The notes beneath the pieces are model-generated. The model was not told where the DNA came from, did no database searches, and saw nothing but the letters and a program-made list of their open reading frames with translations. From Eledone cirrhosa (Eukaryota), in contig OZ024740.1 of the NCBI GenBank assembly GCA_964016885.1, positions 298,406,001 to 298,470,000 on the forward strand: a stretch of DNA of 64,000 bases. The letters are read 5' to 3'. Numbering within the stretch: the first letter of the stretch is position 1; every line of letters starts with the position of its first letter. Below are positions 23,982 through 37,155 of the stretch, one piece after another. The translations under genes and the position numbers were made by a program.

Positions 23982-25070
23982 CTGAAAAAACATAAAATGG
24001 TATTTAGTCATATTTTGGTTAGATAAAATGAATTTTTACAATGGGGTCATATAGTTAAGTGTCTTGGGTCTTGTGCAGTGAAACATTTCTTAAGATCATA
24101 TCAATCACACTATATATTAACAAACCTGTGCTTGTTATTTTTAACCCTAGGTCAGTACTTACCAAGCAGAACTATATGTTCCTATTTTTCTCAGGCACAG
24201 TTTATCCAATGTGACTTTCTTTTTTTCTTTTTTTAAGATAGTAGTATATGATTTGAAGGATTTGATTGCTTTCAGGTTGAGCCACCATTTACTAGTTTGT
24301 AAACAAATTTGGTCATGCAGGGAAGTTATTTCTAGTGTTAGAAAGCTCTTATAATGAGAGCTGGTTATAAGGTGTATATGCTACAAAGTTTGGCAATCAA
24401 AATCAAACGGATACAATATAAGAGTGAAGAGGAGTCTCTAGTCTAGCCTAGCATGCAATAACCTCTCTAGTGATGGTGCCACAATAAAATACACCCAGTC
24501 AATTCTGTAAAATGACAGTGCTGGTGTCACAAAAAACACCTGTGTTATTTAGAGTATAGTTTTTATTTCACAACTTCATTAAGTAATGATTTTTTTTACC
24601 AACTTCTGTTTTGAAGGCCATATTCATTCAAAGCATGGTTGTATTTAATGGTTTTTGGTATTAGTGGTAGAAAAGGAGAGGGTGGAATTGGTGTTACCTT
24701 AGTCAGTTTGTTTGCAGTCAGACATGAAATAAACACTACCATTTCAAACACAACCCTAGCTGAGAACAGTGACGCTTGGTGTCTGAACATCAACAATGCT
24801 GTCTCCTCCTTCGAAAACACCCACAGAGCCACCCCCAAGGACAAAAGGCACAAGAGGAAGAATCATAACACCAAGTTATCAAACCCTCACCAAACCTTCA
24901 GCTGCAGCCGTGCCTGCCTGTCCCACATTGTCCAGTCAGCCATGAACATGCTTGCAGTCAATGTGGACCATCCACTTCATAATCGTTGTTTTCAAAGTCA
25001 AGCCATGATGATGTAATAAATATAATTGGTCAACAATAAAAAAAATCTAAATAATCTGAATATTATTTAC

Positions 25071-25146
25071 CTGCATGTCAAGGCCATACTGTTCTGCAAA
25101 ATTCTTGGCTTCTTCAAAGCGCCTCTTACGAAGTAAAGTCTGAAAC
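25071..25146 (-). CDS. KNTC1: KNTC1 coding exon 13 (FQTLLRKRRFEEAKNFAEQYGLDMQ)
   Basis: cag/GTAAAT, 76 nt, phase 2/0; hallmark ROD motif (RLLHKHRFAEAESFAIQFGLD). Confidence 0.95.
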
Positions 25147-25231
25147 CTGAAATTTATAAGAAACATATATATATGGCTTGGTAGTTTATAACATAGCAAG
25201 AAGATAATTTGGTTATAAAATGTAAACTAAC

Positions 25232-25294
25232 CTTGTTTCTGCATCGCTTTCTGTAATAAGTCGGAATCGCAAGGATTCAAAAACTTGAGCAGTT
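25232..25294 (-). CDS. KNTC1: KNTC1 coding exon 12 (TAQVFESLRFRLITESDAETR)
   Basis: tag/GTTAGT, 63 nt, phase 2/2; resembles LRCLTEALPENR. Confidence 0.92.
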
Positions 25295-26313
25295 CTAGAG
25301 GAAAAAAAAAAAAATAATAATAAAAAAGGAAGCGTGTATAAGTCTTTTTTAATGGTAAACTGAATCAAGTGGTCATGTAGACAAAAAGCACTCAGCCTCC
25401 ATTGTAAAGTGGTTGTATAGGTGTCATGACAAAACGCCCACACTGTAAAGTGGTTGTGTAGGAGTCACAACAAAAAGTACTTAGTTCACACTGTAAACGT
25501 GGTTGGCGTTAGGAAAGGAATCCAGTTATAGAAACCAAGCCAAAATCAGTTCTGTATGAGCAAGACACAGTCATCTGATCTGGCTTGACTCACTATGGGA
25601 CAACTTGTCTAATCCATGTTAGCATGGAAAAATGGACATTAAACAGCAATGATGATGATTAGTATATGACATAGCTTTCTCCAACAAAATGTAGCTTAGT
25701 ACCTATGTTAGAATAGATTATTATTAATAGACATGTTGCTAAAGATCACCTTATAGCAATAATCATGTAAGAGATGTACTTTATTTCATATTGTAACAAC
25801 TATTGTATGATATTATTGCACCCTGATTTACCAATCAATCAGTAATTTGTGCTACAAACATGTTGAAGCATTTCTAGCCATGTAAGAGCTTATTCTATAC
25901 ATACTGCTATCTGGGAAAACAGAATATTCGAGACTCATCAGTTAGTCTTTGTACAGAAGACGTTTTAGTTGAATAGTTTGCATTACACAAAATATGAACT
26001 TTTACACTCTCTAAAGTTAACAACCCTACTAATTTACGATTAAACACACATGTGCACATGATTCTATTTTGATTCATATATATAAATCTAAAGTGGTTGG
26101 TGATAGGAAGGGCAACCGGCTATAGAAAGCTTGCCATACAAAGGGTTGGGAGAACCCTTAGTTGTGTCAAAGACATGACAACCTCTCCTGTGCATTCAGT
26201 AGAATGTGAGACCATACATAAATACTGACTTGGTCTATGTAGACCCATCCAATCCTTGCTAGCAAGGAGAGCAGATGTTAAAACAATGACACACACACAA
26301 GCACTTTACTTAC

Positions 26314-26351
26314 ATTGGATCTGTACAGCCTTCAATAATATTCAAATTATC
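26314..26351 (-). CDS. KNTC1: KNTC1 coding exon 11 (DNLNIIEGCTDP)
   Basis: cag/GTAAGT, 38 nt, supplies the required phase 0/2; resembles DTIYLLEG. Confidence 0.85.
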
Positions 26352-27399
26352 CTGCAAATAGACAATTCTAGAAATCAGAATTTCATTAACAATTGTTTGA
26401 TGTCATCATGGAATCCCATAGCTGAATAGGAAATTTACCTAGTAATGGATATCTGTACATAATTTAACATGGGATAAATTGTTACACCCTACTACCAGTT
26501 ATCACAACCCAGCCTGAATTAGAATCAGAGCCTGAATCTGATTCAGACAAAAGATATTGTTGAGGCTTAATACCAGTTTTCTGAAACTTATAAAATAACA
26601 AGCTCATACCTTTTTTGCTCTTTCAGCTAAGTCGAAAGTTAAGTAGTTGAGTCAATATGAGTTAAGGGTTTTGTAAAAGAATCTAGCAGAGTCCTAGGGG
26701 TAAACTAATAATATTTGCCACTTTTGCTAATAATCTGACATTCTATCAACTTAGCCATATGAGATACTTTCATCATCATAAGAAGGACCTAGCTAAAGGT
26801 AAACCCCTCCACTTGGCTTTTGTTGACCTGGAGAAAGCTTTTGACAGAGTCCTCCGTTTCATTATCTGGTGGGCTCTTAGGAAACTAGGAGCGTACGAGT
26901 GGCTTGAGAGGGCAATACAAGCCATGTATAGAGGAACAAACCAGAATCAGAATGAGAAAATGCCCCCACCAAAAAAAACCCCCCAAAAAACCAACTAGAT
27001 TGAGCATTGTGATCCTAGTCTTACCCATGCTAGCGTGGAAAATTGACGTTAAGCGATGATGGTGATGATGATGATCCAATATCCATTTCAACTCCACCTT
27101 TCAAAAGTCAGGTCTGACAACTTCACACTTAAGTCCTCATTAGTACTATTCCTACATTGTGATTTGTGATACTCTCTATTATCTTTCAACTAACATAAAT
27201 TTACTTCTGGCATACCCCACCTGCTGCTGTTATATTGCTATAGTAGGGAAGTTGTCTTGCCTTCATTGAACTGTTAATGCTTTTGATAAGGAAATACTGT
27301 CACAACACTTGTAGTCACCATGTATGTCAGGTTCATGTTGCAACAAATCACAAAGAAACTCAATATATTAATATAATAAATTAAAGAAAAAGAAGGTAC

Positions 27400-27544
27400 C
27401 TGAGTAGATGGTGACTGAGCAAGTTGGACTTCTGCACCCAGTTTTAATTGGTAGATACATTCAAAATCAGGAAGCTGCCGTACCTCCAGTAAGGTTTTAC
27501 TGGATTCCTCATGCCTAAGTATAACAACTCGAATATTTTTGAGA
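27400..27544 (-). CDS. KNTC1: KNTC1 coding exon 10 (LKNIRVVILRHEESSKTLLEVRQLPDFECIYQLKLGAEVQLAQSPSTQ)
   Basis: tag/GTACCT, 145 nt, phase 2/0, open frame. Confidence 0.88.
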
Positions 27545-28266
27545 CTAAAATAGATAAAACAATACCATTAGTGATTATATTTAGGACAGTATTACATTTG
27601 ATTTTAGAGGTTGCATGGCTACATTTTAATTTTGTCAGGTTTAACACTAATTTTGAACAGTTTTACATTTGCTTTTAATAATTGTTTGTTTTAAACATCT
27701 GGGTGCTGTAGATATGATATGAGGAAGTAGGAGGAATCAATGGTCCTTAAGTTTTGTGATATAATTAACGTAACTATCTGCAATGACTTTAGGAAATTGC
27801 TAGCCACCTAATCCCCTACCAATCAGACATGCAAACTAAATAGACTATAAACTCACCAGAAAAGAGAAGAGGCACCTGGTTGTGAACAATAAGACCTTTT
27901 CAGATGAAGAATGTACCATTCAACATAGAGCAATGATCAACAACCTTAGCATAAGAGTTAGATGGACTAAGAGACACAAGAATGAGGAGATATGTAAGCT
28001 GAAAGACAATGCAGCCAAATGTAAGTTTGGAGATGTACTAGTTGATGCCTATGACGGGAGTAAAGAGGAGATATATTGACATATAACAGGACAACTGTGA
28101 GTACCTATAAGACAACCATGCTATGAGCAACAGACCAAATTTGTAGTGGGGGCAAGGTTCCAGCAAAACAAGGTAAACTGTTCAGTGGAATAGTATGATA
28201 GATAGAGATGTAAAAATCAAGAAACAAGATCTATTAAGAAGAAAAATAAAATAAACAAACAGTTAC

Positions 28267-28376
28267 CTTGAGCTAGATATGGCACTTGTGTCAAGGATAT
28301 TAAATTCCTTCACTGCCAAATTTGATAAAGTTTCTAACATAAGCAAAGATCTAGTATTCCACAAGCTCAGAGTTTC
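28267..28376 (-). CDS. KNTC1: KNTC1 coding exon 9 (ETLSLWNTRSLLMLETLSNLAVKEFNILDTSAISSS)
   Basis: cag/GTAACT, 110 nt, phase 0/2; resembles NVLSLWDIYTL...VEEF. Confidence 0.9.
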
Positions 28377-28842
28377 CTGCAGAAAAAATAAAAAAATGTT
28401 AGCAATACAATTGCAGTTAAAAGAAAGAGGGGAGGTGTAGAGGTGAAGTAAAGTAATATAGAATTAGATGTCAGGTGAGTTAGAGTTCATCAAAGGAACG
28501 GTAGTAACGAAACGGATCTGTAATTACTGTGCGTTGACATGGTGTGGTGCACACATTCTCTACTGGCTTGTACTGGTGTGACTTCAGTGACAGGCCAGTT
28601 AACATAAGTACTGTCAGGTCTGAAATAATGCCCTCCTCACATTAATTTTTCAGATTATTTTTTACTGGTAATAATTGTTTCTACTTTTGGCACCAGGTCA
28701 GCAATTACCTAGTGCATTACTGGTACTTTATTTTATCGACCCCGTAAGGATGAAAGGCAAAGTTAACCTCGGCGGGATTTGAACTCAGAAAGGCACAAGG
28801 CCAACTTTACTAGTAATAATATAATAAACCAAGACTACTCAC

Positions 28843-28907
28843 ATTTTTATCAAGAATTAAGAAATATTTGCCATTTGAAGTTGTCTGGATGGATTTAATC
28901 CCAACAT
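28843..28907 (-). CDS. KNTC1: KNTC1 coding exon 8 (VGIKSIQTTSNGKYFLILDKN)
   Basis: tag/GTGAGT, 65 nt, phase 1/0. Confidence 0.87.
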
Positions 28908-29321
28908 CTATAAAGAAAATAGAATTCCATATGAAATAAAATAAAGGTATTAATAAAACGTCCCACATGCAAGAACGATTATTTGAGAGACAGGGGAAGA
29001 GAGAGAGAGAGAGAGACAGCGGGGAGGGAGAGAGATACAGGGGGGAGGGAGAGAGATGTTGGTTGCTACTTGGAAGTGGTCTTGAAGAGAGGAAGTGAAA
29101 CAGACTAGAGGTGTCTCTCAAATCCTGCCACAGAGAACCTCTTTGAAAGTGGTGGCATGATAAAATGCACCCATCCATGCTCTGAAGTGGTTGGTGATAG
29201 GAAGAGCATCCAATCATAAAAACCATGACATATAAAACAACAAAGATTGGCAATATGTTTATGCCAGATGAGGAAGGAATGTAAAAGAAGAAAAAAAAAA
29301 CTTATGTCAAATGATGATACT

Positions 29322-29683
29322 TACTCTTGGGTCCCAAATAATAGGGACAGTTAGAATAAGAAACGGGGGTGGTGGTGAACAATTGCTTAAATTCTTATAA
29401 GCGGGGAGGAGAGGATGATGACCCCGGTAATTGTATAGTGTACGTTTGTAAATATGGGATTTCTTGTAACGTTCTTTTTTTGTCGTATAGATATGTTTTT
29501 TTAATGTAAAATAAAATTATTGTTAGATTCTCCAGCTGCTGTATCAATATGAATCACTTGCAATAAAATATCATCAGAGATAATTAGCTAAATTTAATAA
29601 GCTGGGGTGGGTGGGGTGGAAGATTGTAGAAAATCTGAAAAATTAATAAGCTGGGGTGGACGATTATTGAAGACCTGAGAGTA
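29322..29683. mobile_element. MITE with TACTCTCAGGTC-type terminal inverted repeats
   Basis: tactcttgggtcccaaataat...ttattgaagacctgagagta; related pieces near 45400-45773 and 57082-57350. Confidence 0.6.
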
Positions 29684-29735
29684 TCTGTCTGGAACAAGAA
29701 GGAAAACATGAAAACTAAGAAGGAAAGTAACTGAC

Positions 29736-29823
29736 TATTTCGCAGAAAATTTTCCACTTGGTTGGTCATCTTCAATTTGCCATCTATCCAACTCCACATA
29801 GCTAAGATAGTGGTACCGTTGCC
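29736..29823 (-). CDS. KNTC1: KNTC1 coding exon 7 (GNGTTILAMWSWIDGKLKMTNQVENFLRN)
   Basis: tag/GTCAGT, 88 nt, phase 0/1. Confidence 0.83.
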
Positions 29824-31179
29824 CTAAAGAAATGAAAAAGGAAGACAGTATAACCTCCAATAAGATTAGATTGGAATTTAGATATCCAGAAAACTGTATG
29901 TATATTGGTATTTTGGTTTTGAATTTGTGTTCAGGTATGCGAGTGTACGTGTGAGAATGTGCATGTGTACATGAGTAAGTGTATGTGAGAATGTGTGTGA
30001 GTGTGTATATGTGTGTAAGTAGATTGTTGATGTTTAGCTTCAGGTCAATCATGACCTAGCAGATCTATAATTAAAGATATTCTGCTAAGTCCTTTCCCTT
30101 ATCAAAATGATAAAAGTTGGATTAGTGAGAATCCTGGTCACTATTTTGAACAGGTTGAGGGACTTGATGCCATTCTCATTCTCTCTTTGTATGTATAAGC
30201 AACAACATCAACAATTACTCTAATAGCTGGTCAGATGGGTTCAGGTTTTGGAGAATTAAATATACAAAAGAGGAAATCTTGCCACAGCTGATGCATTGTA
30301 GTAATTTACAAAACGTAACTACTTCAGCCTGGCTAGCAATAGCTTGCCAATCCTAATTTACAATTGTATTGTTCCTTAAGCCAGGATTAATCATTTAGCA
30401 TTTGAATTACTCTATATATACTATTGTTTTTTTGGTGGTAAAGGCTTTATTTTACATAATTATCTTACATAATATCGAATCTACAGGATTTTGATGTTAT
30501 TTGTTTTGAGAACAATACCTTAACATCAGTATGAGTAGCAAGTTATGGCCAGTTTGGACAGAAAGAGGTGAGAGAATTCTGGCTAGATATGGCTGGTTTA
30601 AATGCTAAAGGGTTAAAGGTGCATCAGCCATGGCCAGACTATATATTTTTCCAGACAGTGTAAGTTTGCTATGGTTTGAAGGAGATTTGGTTGCCATTTC
30701 TAACAGATCAAGCATCTAAGCAGGGGCTCCTTCATTGGCTAGTTTATAATTGAGTAGTTAACAATGGAAAGGGGGCATGAAGTTGTAAAAATGCTTCTGT
30801 CAAAATAAATGAAAAAAAAACTGGCATATTTTTTTCACTCTTTTACTAGTTTCAGCTATTAGACTGTTGCTTTGTTAGGACACAACCTTGATTTAGTCAA
30901 TCACATCAACCAGAGTTCTTATTTTTCCAAGTATGGTACTAGTTTTGGAGAGAAGGGTATAATCATTAAAACTTAACTTCAGTTCTTGATGCTTAAAGAA
31001 TGAATGGGAAAGTGGAGATTGTTGGAATTTCAACCCAGAACAAAGTAAGGTAACGAAATTCAACAATGTATTGTCTGTAGCTCTATCGATTCTGTAATTC
31101 CATTTGTATAACCTTAAGTTGAATATACAATCTAATCAATTAATTCAAACCAAATCAATCATTTAAAAAGATATCATAC

Positions 31180-31292
31180 TGCTGTGATTATATTCTTTTC
31201 TGCTACAATTAGATCACTGGCACCACCATGATGTATTTCACATGTTTTAGATCGAAAAGTCAGTTTGTTGTTAAGTTTATTTGCAAGGTCCT
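31180..31292 (-). CDS. KNTC1: KNTC1 coding exon 6 (EDLANKLNNKLTFRSKTCEIHHGGASDLIVAEKNIITA)
   Basis: cag/GTATGA, 113 nt, phase 1/0. Confidence 0.85.
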
Positions 31293-31718
31293 CTGAAATT
31301 AAAAATAAAATAAAATAAAATTTAACCCTTTCTTTACTATATCTCTAATGAAAGACACAGCTTATGAATTTGAAATCATTGGGGGTATTTGGAGGATATT
31401 AATATAACTAACTTTCTCATTTAACTGTTGTTTAGACCATAACCTGAAGATTCTTACATAAAATCACATTGGAAGGATACTTTTAGATAAATAAATACAA
31501 ACACTTTAAAACAGTTTCATATCTTGAAACAAGTTGCTATAAAAAGGGTCAAGTAAAATCTAATTAATTTTAAAATATTTTATAAATCAGTGTTACAACT
31601 CTTCTGACAGGATCTGCTGGAAGGGGTGTTTAACGACTGCCCACACAACCCTTTCAGGAATAAGTGGGTGAAGAAGAAGTGTTACAACCAGAAACATCAA
31701 TAGAAAGAAAAAAATTAC

Positions 31719-31805
31719 CTTCAGAGGTAAATAGTTCTTTGTTGAGGTCTTTAAAAACTAACAATTCACCATTGAATAACAAAATGAGAAGGTCCCATTG
31801 AGAAT
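31719..31805 (-). CDS. KNTC1: KNTC1 coding exon 5 (DSQWDLLILLFNGELLVFKDLNKELFTSE)
   Basis: cag/GTAATT, 87 nt, phase 1/1. Confidence 0.85.
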
Positions 31806-32654
31806 CTGTAAGAGAGAATGTTAAACACAATCAAATGCAGAAAGAATAATTGAAAATAGTTGTGTTTTGACAAACTTCTCAAGAATTTCTCCTCAGCTCT
31901 GGATGCCATAGATAATTACTTTGATAAAAAAAAAACTGCTTTAACACTTTTACATCCAGTATTTGGAAACTAGAATGCAAAATGTTGCTTCCTGAACTTC
32001 TTCCAGCCTGTTCTCACCATGGCGACAACATTTTCAGTACATCCACCTTCATTGCTAATAAGGTCCCCTAGAGGCATGGCCTAGTGGAAGGGGTGTTGGA
32101 CTTGCATCATAATGTTGCGTTTGATTCCTGGACTGGGTTGTGTGTTGTTTTCTTGAGCATGCATATATATATATATATATATATATATGTACCATGATAA
32201 TTGTTTTAATTTCCGCTATCCCTGCTAGCAAAGGTTGGATGGGTTCATATAGACGAAATCAGTACTGAAGTGAAACCACTGATCTCTCAGGATAAGCCAG
32301 GGACTTGTGTTCTTATGTACGGTCTCATGTTATATCTAGTGCTCAGGAGAGGTTGTCATGCATTTGACACAACAGAGGGTTCTCCCACTCCTTTGTTTGG
32401 CAAGATATCTATGGCTGAATGGCCTTCCTATCACCAACTACTTTATAGAGGTCAGCCTTTATCGTTTCATCCTACATCTTCCTCTTTCAGGGCGTCCTAC
32501 AACCTCAAGTACCTTGTACCTTTTTATACAGCTGCCTTCCTTCATGTGCATCACATGAATATACCACAGTAGCCGTTCCTGCACATAACATTTGATCCCC
32601 TTTATGCCTAGTTTTGCTCTCAATTCATTTACACTTTGTTGTACACATCCATAA

Positions 32655-33020
32655 GGAGGCACATGGCTTAGTGGTTAGAGCATAGGCCTTGCAATCGAAA
32701 GGTTGTGAGTTCAATTCTCAGACCGAGTGATGTGTTGTGTCCTTGAGCAAGAGACTTTATTTCACATTGCTCCAGTTTACTCAGCTATAGAAATGAGATA
32801 ATAGTGACTGGGGTCCCTATCATTCCACTGCAAAAAAGCACCCAGCCCACACTGTAAAGTGGATGTGTAGGCGCCACGGAAAAAAGCACCCAGCACTCTC
32901 TGTAAATGAGGTTGGTGTTAGGAAGGGCATCCAGCTGTAGAAATCAAGCCAGAATCAGTTCCTGTCCCACCCTTGCAAGCAGGGAAAAGCAGACGTAAAA
33001 TGATGACGATGCTGATGATG
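32655..33020 (+). mobile_element. tRNA-headed SINE with RTE-like 3' tail
   Basis: A-box-like tggcttagtggttagagc, B-box-like gagttcaattc, tccttgagcaag core, tail aggaagggcatccagctgtagaaa...(gat)n; near-identical copy at 36826-37155; many other copies in the window. Confidence 0.85.
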
Positions 33021-33410
33021 ATCCATCTGATCATGCAGGCTTCATTTCTTTCCAATCTCCATAGATCCTTGGCATGCAGAGCCCATGTTTTAATTCCATA
33101 TAGCATTGTTGTGCACACACAGGCATCATACAGCTTGCCTGTTATCTTGAGTGAGAGACCTTTTGTAGTTAGTAACGGCAGTAGCTCCCTGAACTGTTTC
33201 CACCCAGTTCTTATGCTGGCAACTGTACTTTCTGCGCATCCACCATCGCTGCTGATTTGGTTACCCAGGTAGCAGAAAAATTATTATTATACATTGGTCA
33301 ATTCTGAGGCTTATTTGAGACAGTTCTATATTTATATATATAAATCAAGAAAACAAGAAGATGCAATAACATGAAGTGTATTAGTTTCATGCTTGGAGGA
33401 ATAAGAATGA

Positions 33411-33447
<37 letters not shown>

Positions 33448-33524
33448 TATAGTGCATGTGTGTTAAAATAAAGATTCAAAATGAAAACCGAATGAAGCAT
33501 CCTCCATCTGGCACTGTAACTCAC

Positions 33525-33594
33525 CTTTATTCTCTTTTATTAATAGTTTTCTAAAGGCATGCTCACCAGATAACTTGTGAGCAGCCAGTAAATT
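33525..33594 (-). CDS. KNTC1: KNTC1 coding exon 4 (NLLAAHKLSGEHAFRKLLIKENK)
   Basis: cag/GTGAGT, 70 nt, phase 0/1. Confidence 0.85.
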
Positions 33595-33994
33595 CTGGAA
33601 GAAAATTTAAATAAATTACATAAGTAGCTTTAAAACCAAGAAATAGAAAAACAAAAAACAATCTATATTATAACTCGACAGCCTTTTTGTCCATCTAAAA
33701 ACATTCTGATGCCAAAAAGATTGTGAGGACACTTCAGTTGGGTCAGAGGCATAACAACATTTCTAGTGTTGGTGATAGGATAAAATGCATGGTGCACCTT
33801 GTAAGGAATGCAACCCTGAACAATTTCAGAGATTAAGAGCTCCGATGAAGTTATGATTTGGTCGGTGACGACCTGCTTAACTGTTGTTAACAGGGAAAAC
33901 AGACATTAAAAAGATGATGAAAATTGCGTGGAATCCAGTTTTTGTTTTAGAGTGATATAGTTAATCTGTCACCCAGTTTAACACCACTACCTGG

Positions 33995-34160
33995 CTCAGG
34001 GGTGCCTTTGGAGAGCTCTAGTTTGTTGCATGCAGGGTGCCTTTAGAGCACTCTTGTTTCTTGCACTCAGGGGTGCCATTAGAGGACTCTTGTTTCTTGC
34101 ACTCAAGGGTGTCTTCAGAGGACTCTTGTTTTTTGCACTCAGGGGTGCCTTCAGAGGACT
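33995..34160. repeat. 36-bp tandem repeat, about 4.5 copies
   Basis: Unit ctcaggggtgccttcagaggactcttgtttcttgca. Confidence 0.88.
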
Positions 34161-34343
34161 ATTCCATTGCAATTGCCAGGCCAAGTTTTGTTTTATTGAT
34201 CATTTCTTCCCTTGTCTCAGAGGCTCTGCCCTTCCTCCTCTGATAACAGCTAACTTAATTAACTCTTTACATAATTCTTTCCTGGCATCCATTAAACATT
34301 TAAAAATAAAATTGATACATTTAGAAAAGGTTTAAATACTTAC

Positions 34344-34459
34344 AAATGTAAAGATTATCTTTGCAGTGTCTGTTTCAACAATATAGAGAAAACCTTTCTT
34401 GTCTCCAACAATCAGTAAGGAACCACCAGGACAATATCCCAAAGCATCAACAAAGAACT
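34344..34459 (-). CDS. KNTC1: KNTC1 coding exon 3 (EFFVDALGYCPGGSLLIVGDKKGFLYIVETDTAKIIFTF)
   Basis: tag/GTAAGT, 116 nt, phase 1/0; beta-propeller segment resembling VDVVGLCQEGKFLLVGERSGNLHLI. Confidence 0.93.
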
Positions 34460-35779
34460 CTAGGGAGAAAAAGTACAAGACAAAAATGATTTGATATATA
34501 TATATGTATGAAATGTGTGTGTCCCAATGCAAAAGACCATAATAATAGTTGAGAAAATTGGGTAAAGTATCCTTGAAGAAGGAAAAAAAGCGGACTGAGG
34601 CTCCTATGAAGAATCAATCATGGAATGCTAGATAGGACCTTCTTTGATTCACTTCCATCAACCCAACCCATGTCCCTCCTTTTATACCCTTCTCTGCTTT
34701 CCTCACACACCCCATGCCAGACTGATTAATGAAACATCCTTGCCCACCTCTCTTCACACATTCATGACTGACTCGCCTTTCCTCTCCAACACAGAAAGCC
34801 AGGCACATTCCAAAATATGGCAGACACCACCAACTTGCTTCACCCCCATAACTTCCTGGTAGATACTTCCCCTGCAATGGGATGCCTCACTCCCCGCAAA
34901 TGGCAATCTGCATATAGTCTGTCTCTTTCCCCATGTACTGCCTAGTCACAGAGCATAAAAGCCATCTGGAAAATAGATGTTTAACCATGATAATGATATG
35001 TACTTCTATCCAGCCATAGAAATCTAAGCCAAAATAGGACTATATGAGCAAGACATGATAATCTGACCTGTATTATGACCTCATCACTTGACAGCCTGTC
35101 TAACCCATGTAAGAACGGAAAATAGATATTAAATGGTCATGATTATTATATATATATTATCATCATCATCATCACTAACGTCCATTTTCCACACTAGCAT
35201 GGGTTAGACGAGCTATACCACTGTGAGACAAGCCAGGTCAGATGAGTGTATCATGCTTATACATATCTGATTTTGGCTGAGTCTCTATGGCTCGATGCCC
35301 TTCCTAACACCAACCACATTTACAGTGTTACTGGGTGCTTTTTGTTGTGGCACCTACATGACCAATTGACAGCATAGACTGGGTGCTTTTTGTTGTGGCA
35401 CCTACAAGACCAATTTACAGTGTAGACTGGGCGTTTTTTGTAGTGGCACCTACATAACCACTTTACAGTGTGGACTGGGAGCTTGTCATTGCACCAAAAT
35501 GACCACTTTACAGTGGGGACTGTGAACTTGGGTGGGGGAGATGCATGGGGATTGGGGAGGTAGATCTAGAGGCATGGGTGAGGGGTGGGGTGTTAGGACA
35601 TGGGAGGGGAAGGTCACTCAAGGCATTGGTTGGCCTAGAGCTACTGTAGAAGATACATACTTGCTCAAGAGAGTCACATAGTGGGACTAAACATGAAACA
35701 ATGTGATTCAGAAGCAAAGCTTCTTAACCACACAACCTTGCCTGCAATAATAAAAAATAAAATGAAGCAAGAAACTTAC

Positions 35780-35897
35780 CAAACTTGAGGGACACGATAA
35801 ATAAAGATTCCTCAAAGAGAGACAAATTATTGTTAACTGCAACACAAAATAAATCACCCAACTCTTCGGACACCACGTTTGGGTATGATTCATTATC
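35780..35897 (-). CDS. KNTC1: KNTC1 coding exon 2 (DNESYPNVVSEELGDLFCVAVNNNLSLFEESLFIVSLKF)
   Basis: cag/GTAAGT, 118 nt, phase 0/1. Confidence 0.88.
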
Positions 35898-36159
35898 CTG
35901 GAAAACAAAATAGAGAATATATTATTTACAAAAGAAAAAAATCAATAAAATTTTAAAACTGGAACACATAATAGAATTTTATATATATATCCTTACCCAC
36001 ATCACTCTTTAGTTTTTATTTATCTTCTCTTTCTAACTATCTTACTTTGGGAGGGTTACGCTGCCAATAAAAACGGCTCACAAAAACAAGATCGTGTGAG
36101 ATAGCACAAAGGAGAAATACAAAATAAATTAGTTACTGAAGAGGTCAGAGAATGTGTGA

Positions 36160-36206
<47 letters not shown>

Positions 36207-36780
36207 TATGTCGATAGCTGTATAACAAAGTGCAGGGCAATAAAGATAGACGGTAGTCACGGAATAGGCAGACCTAGAAAAACCTGGGACGAGCTGATAA
36301 ACTCCGACATCACACACTTACACCTCTCCAAGACAATGTCACTGGACCGAGACCTTTGGCGGTACTCAGTAACAGAGAAGACCCGCCTTACCTAAATATA
36401 TAGTAAAACCTACTCCAGCCAGTAGGCATCACAAAATACACCCCGTCCCACCACCACCACCCCCACCCCATCCACACCACCCCGTTCTATGTAAAGTTAT
36501 GTTGGTGCCGCGCCATCGAGTCCGAAACAAATGAGATCGTGTAGGTGTCACGACAAAAAAACACACAGTCCACGCTGTAATGTGGCCGTGTAGGCAACAC
36601 GGTAAAAACCTCCCAGACCCACACTGTAAATGTGGTTGGTGTTAGGAAGGGCATCCAACTGTAGAAAACCTGCCAGACAGTCCTATGCGAGCAAGACAAT
36701 CACTCTTGCCTCAAGTGGGACTACCCCCGTCCAAACCCATGCAAGCGTGGAACACGGACGTTAAACGTTGATGATGATGA

Positions 36781-36825
<45 letters not shown>

Positions 36826-36828
<3 letters not shown>

Positions 36829-37155
36829 AGGCTTAGTGGTTAGAGCATTGGCCTTGCAATCGAAAGGTTGTGAGTTCAATTCTCAGACCGGGTGATGTGT
36901 TGTTTCCTTGAGTAAGACACTTTATTTCACATTGCTCCAGTTTACTCAGCTGTAAAAATGAGATGATAGGGACTGGGGTCCCTATCATTCCACTGCAAAG
37001 TGGTCGTGGAGGTGCAACGGCAAAAAAGCACCCAGCACTCACTGTAAATGAGGTTGGTGTTAGGAAGGGCATCCAGCTGTAGAAATTAAGCCAGAATCAG
37101 TTCCCATCCCACCCTTGCAAGCAGGGAAAAAGCGGACGTAAAATGAAATGATGAT
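36826..37155 (+). mobile_element. tRNA-headed SINE inserted after an (AT)n run
   Basis: Nearly identical to 32655-33020. Confidence 0.85.

Noticed and set aside
32655-32730. tRNA gene
   Set aside because: tRNA-like A/B boxes run straight into a SINE body found many times; no complete cloverleaf evident.
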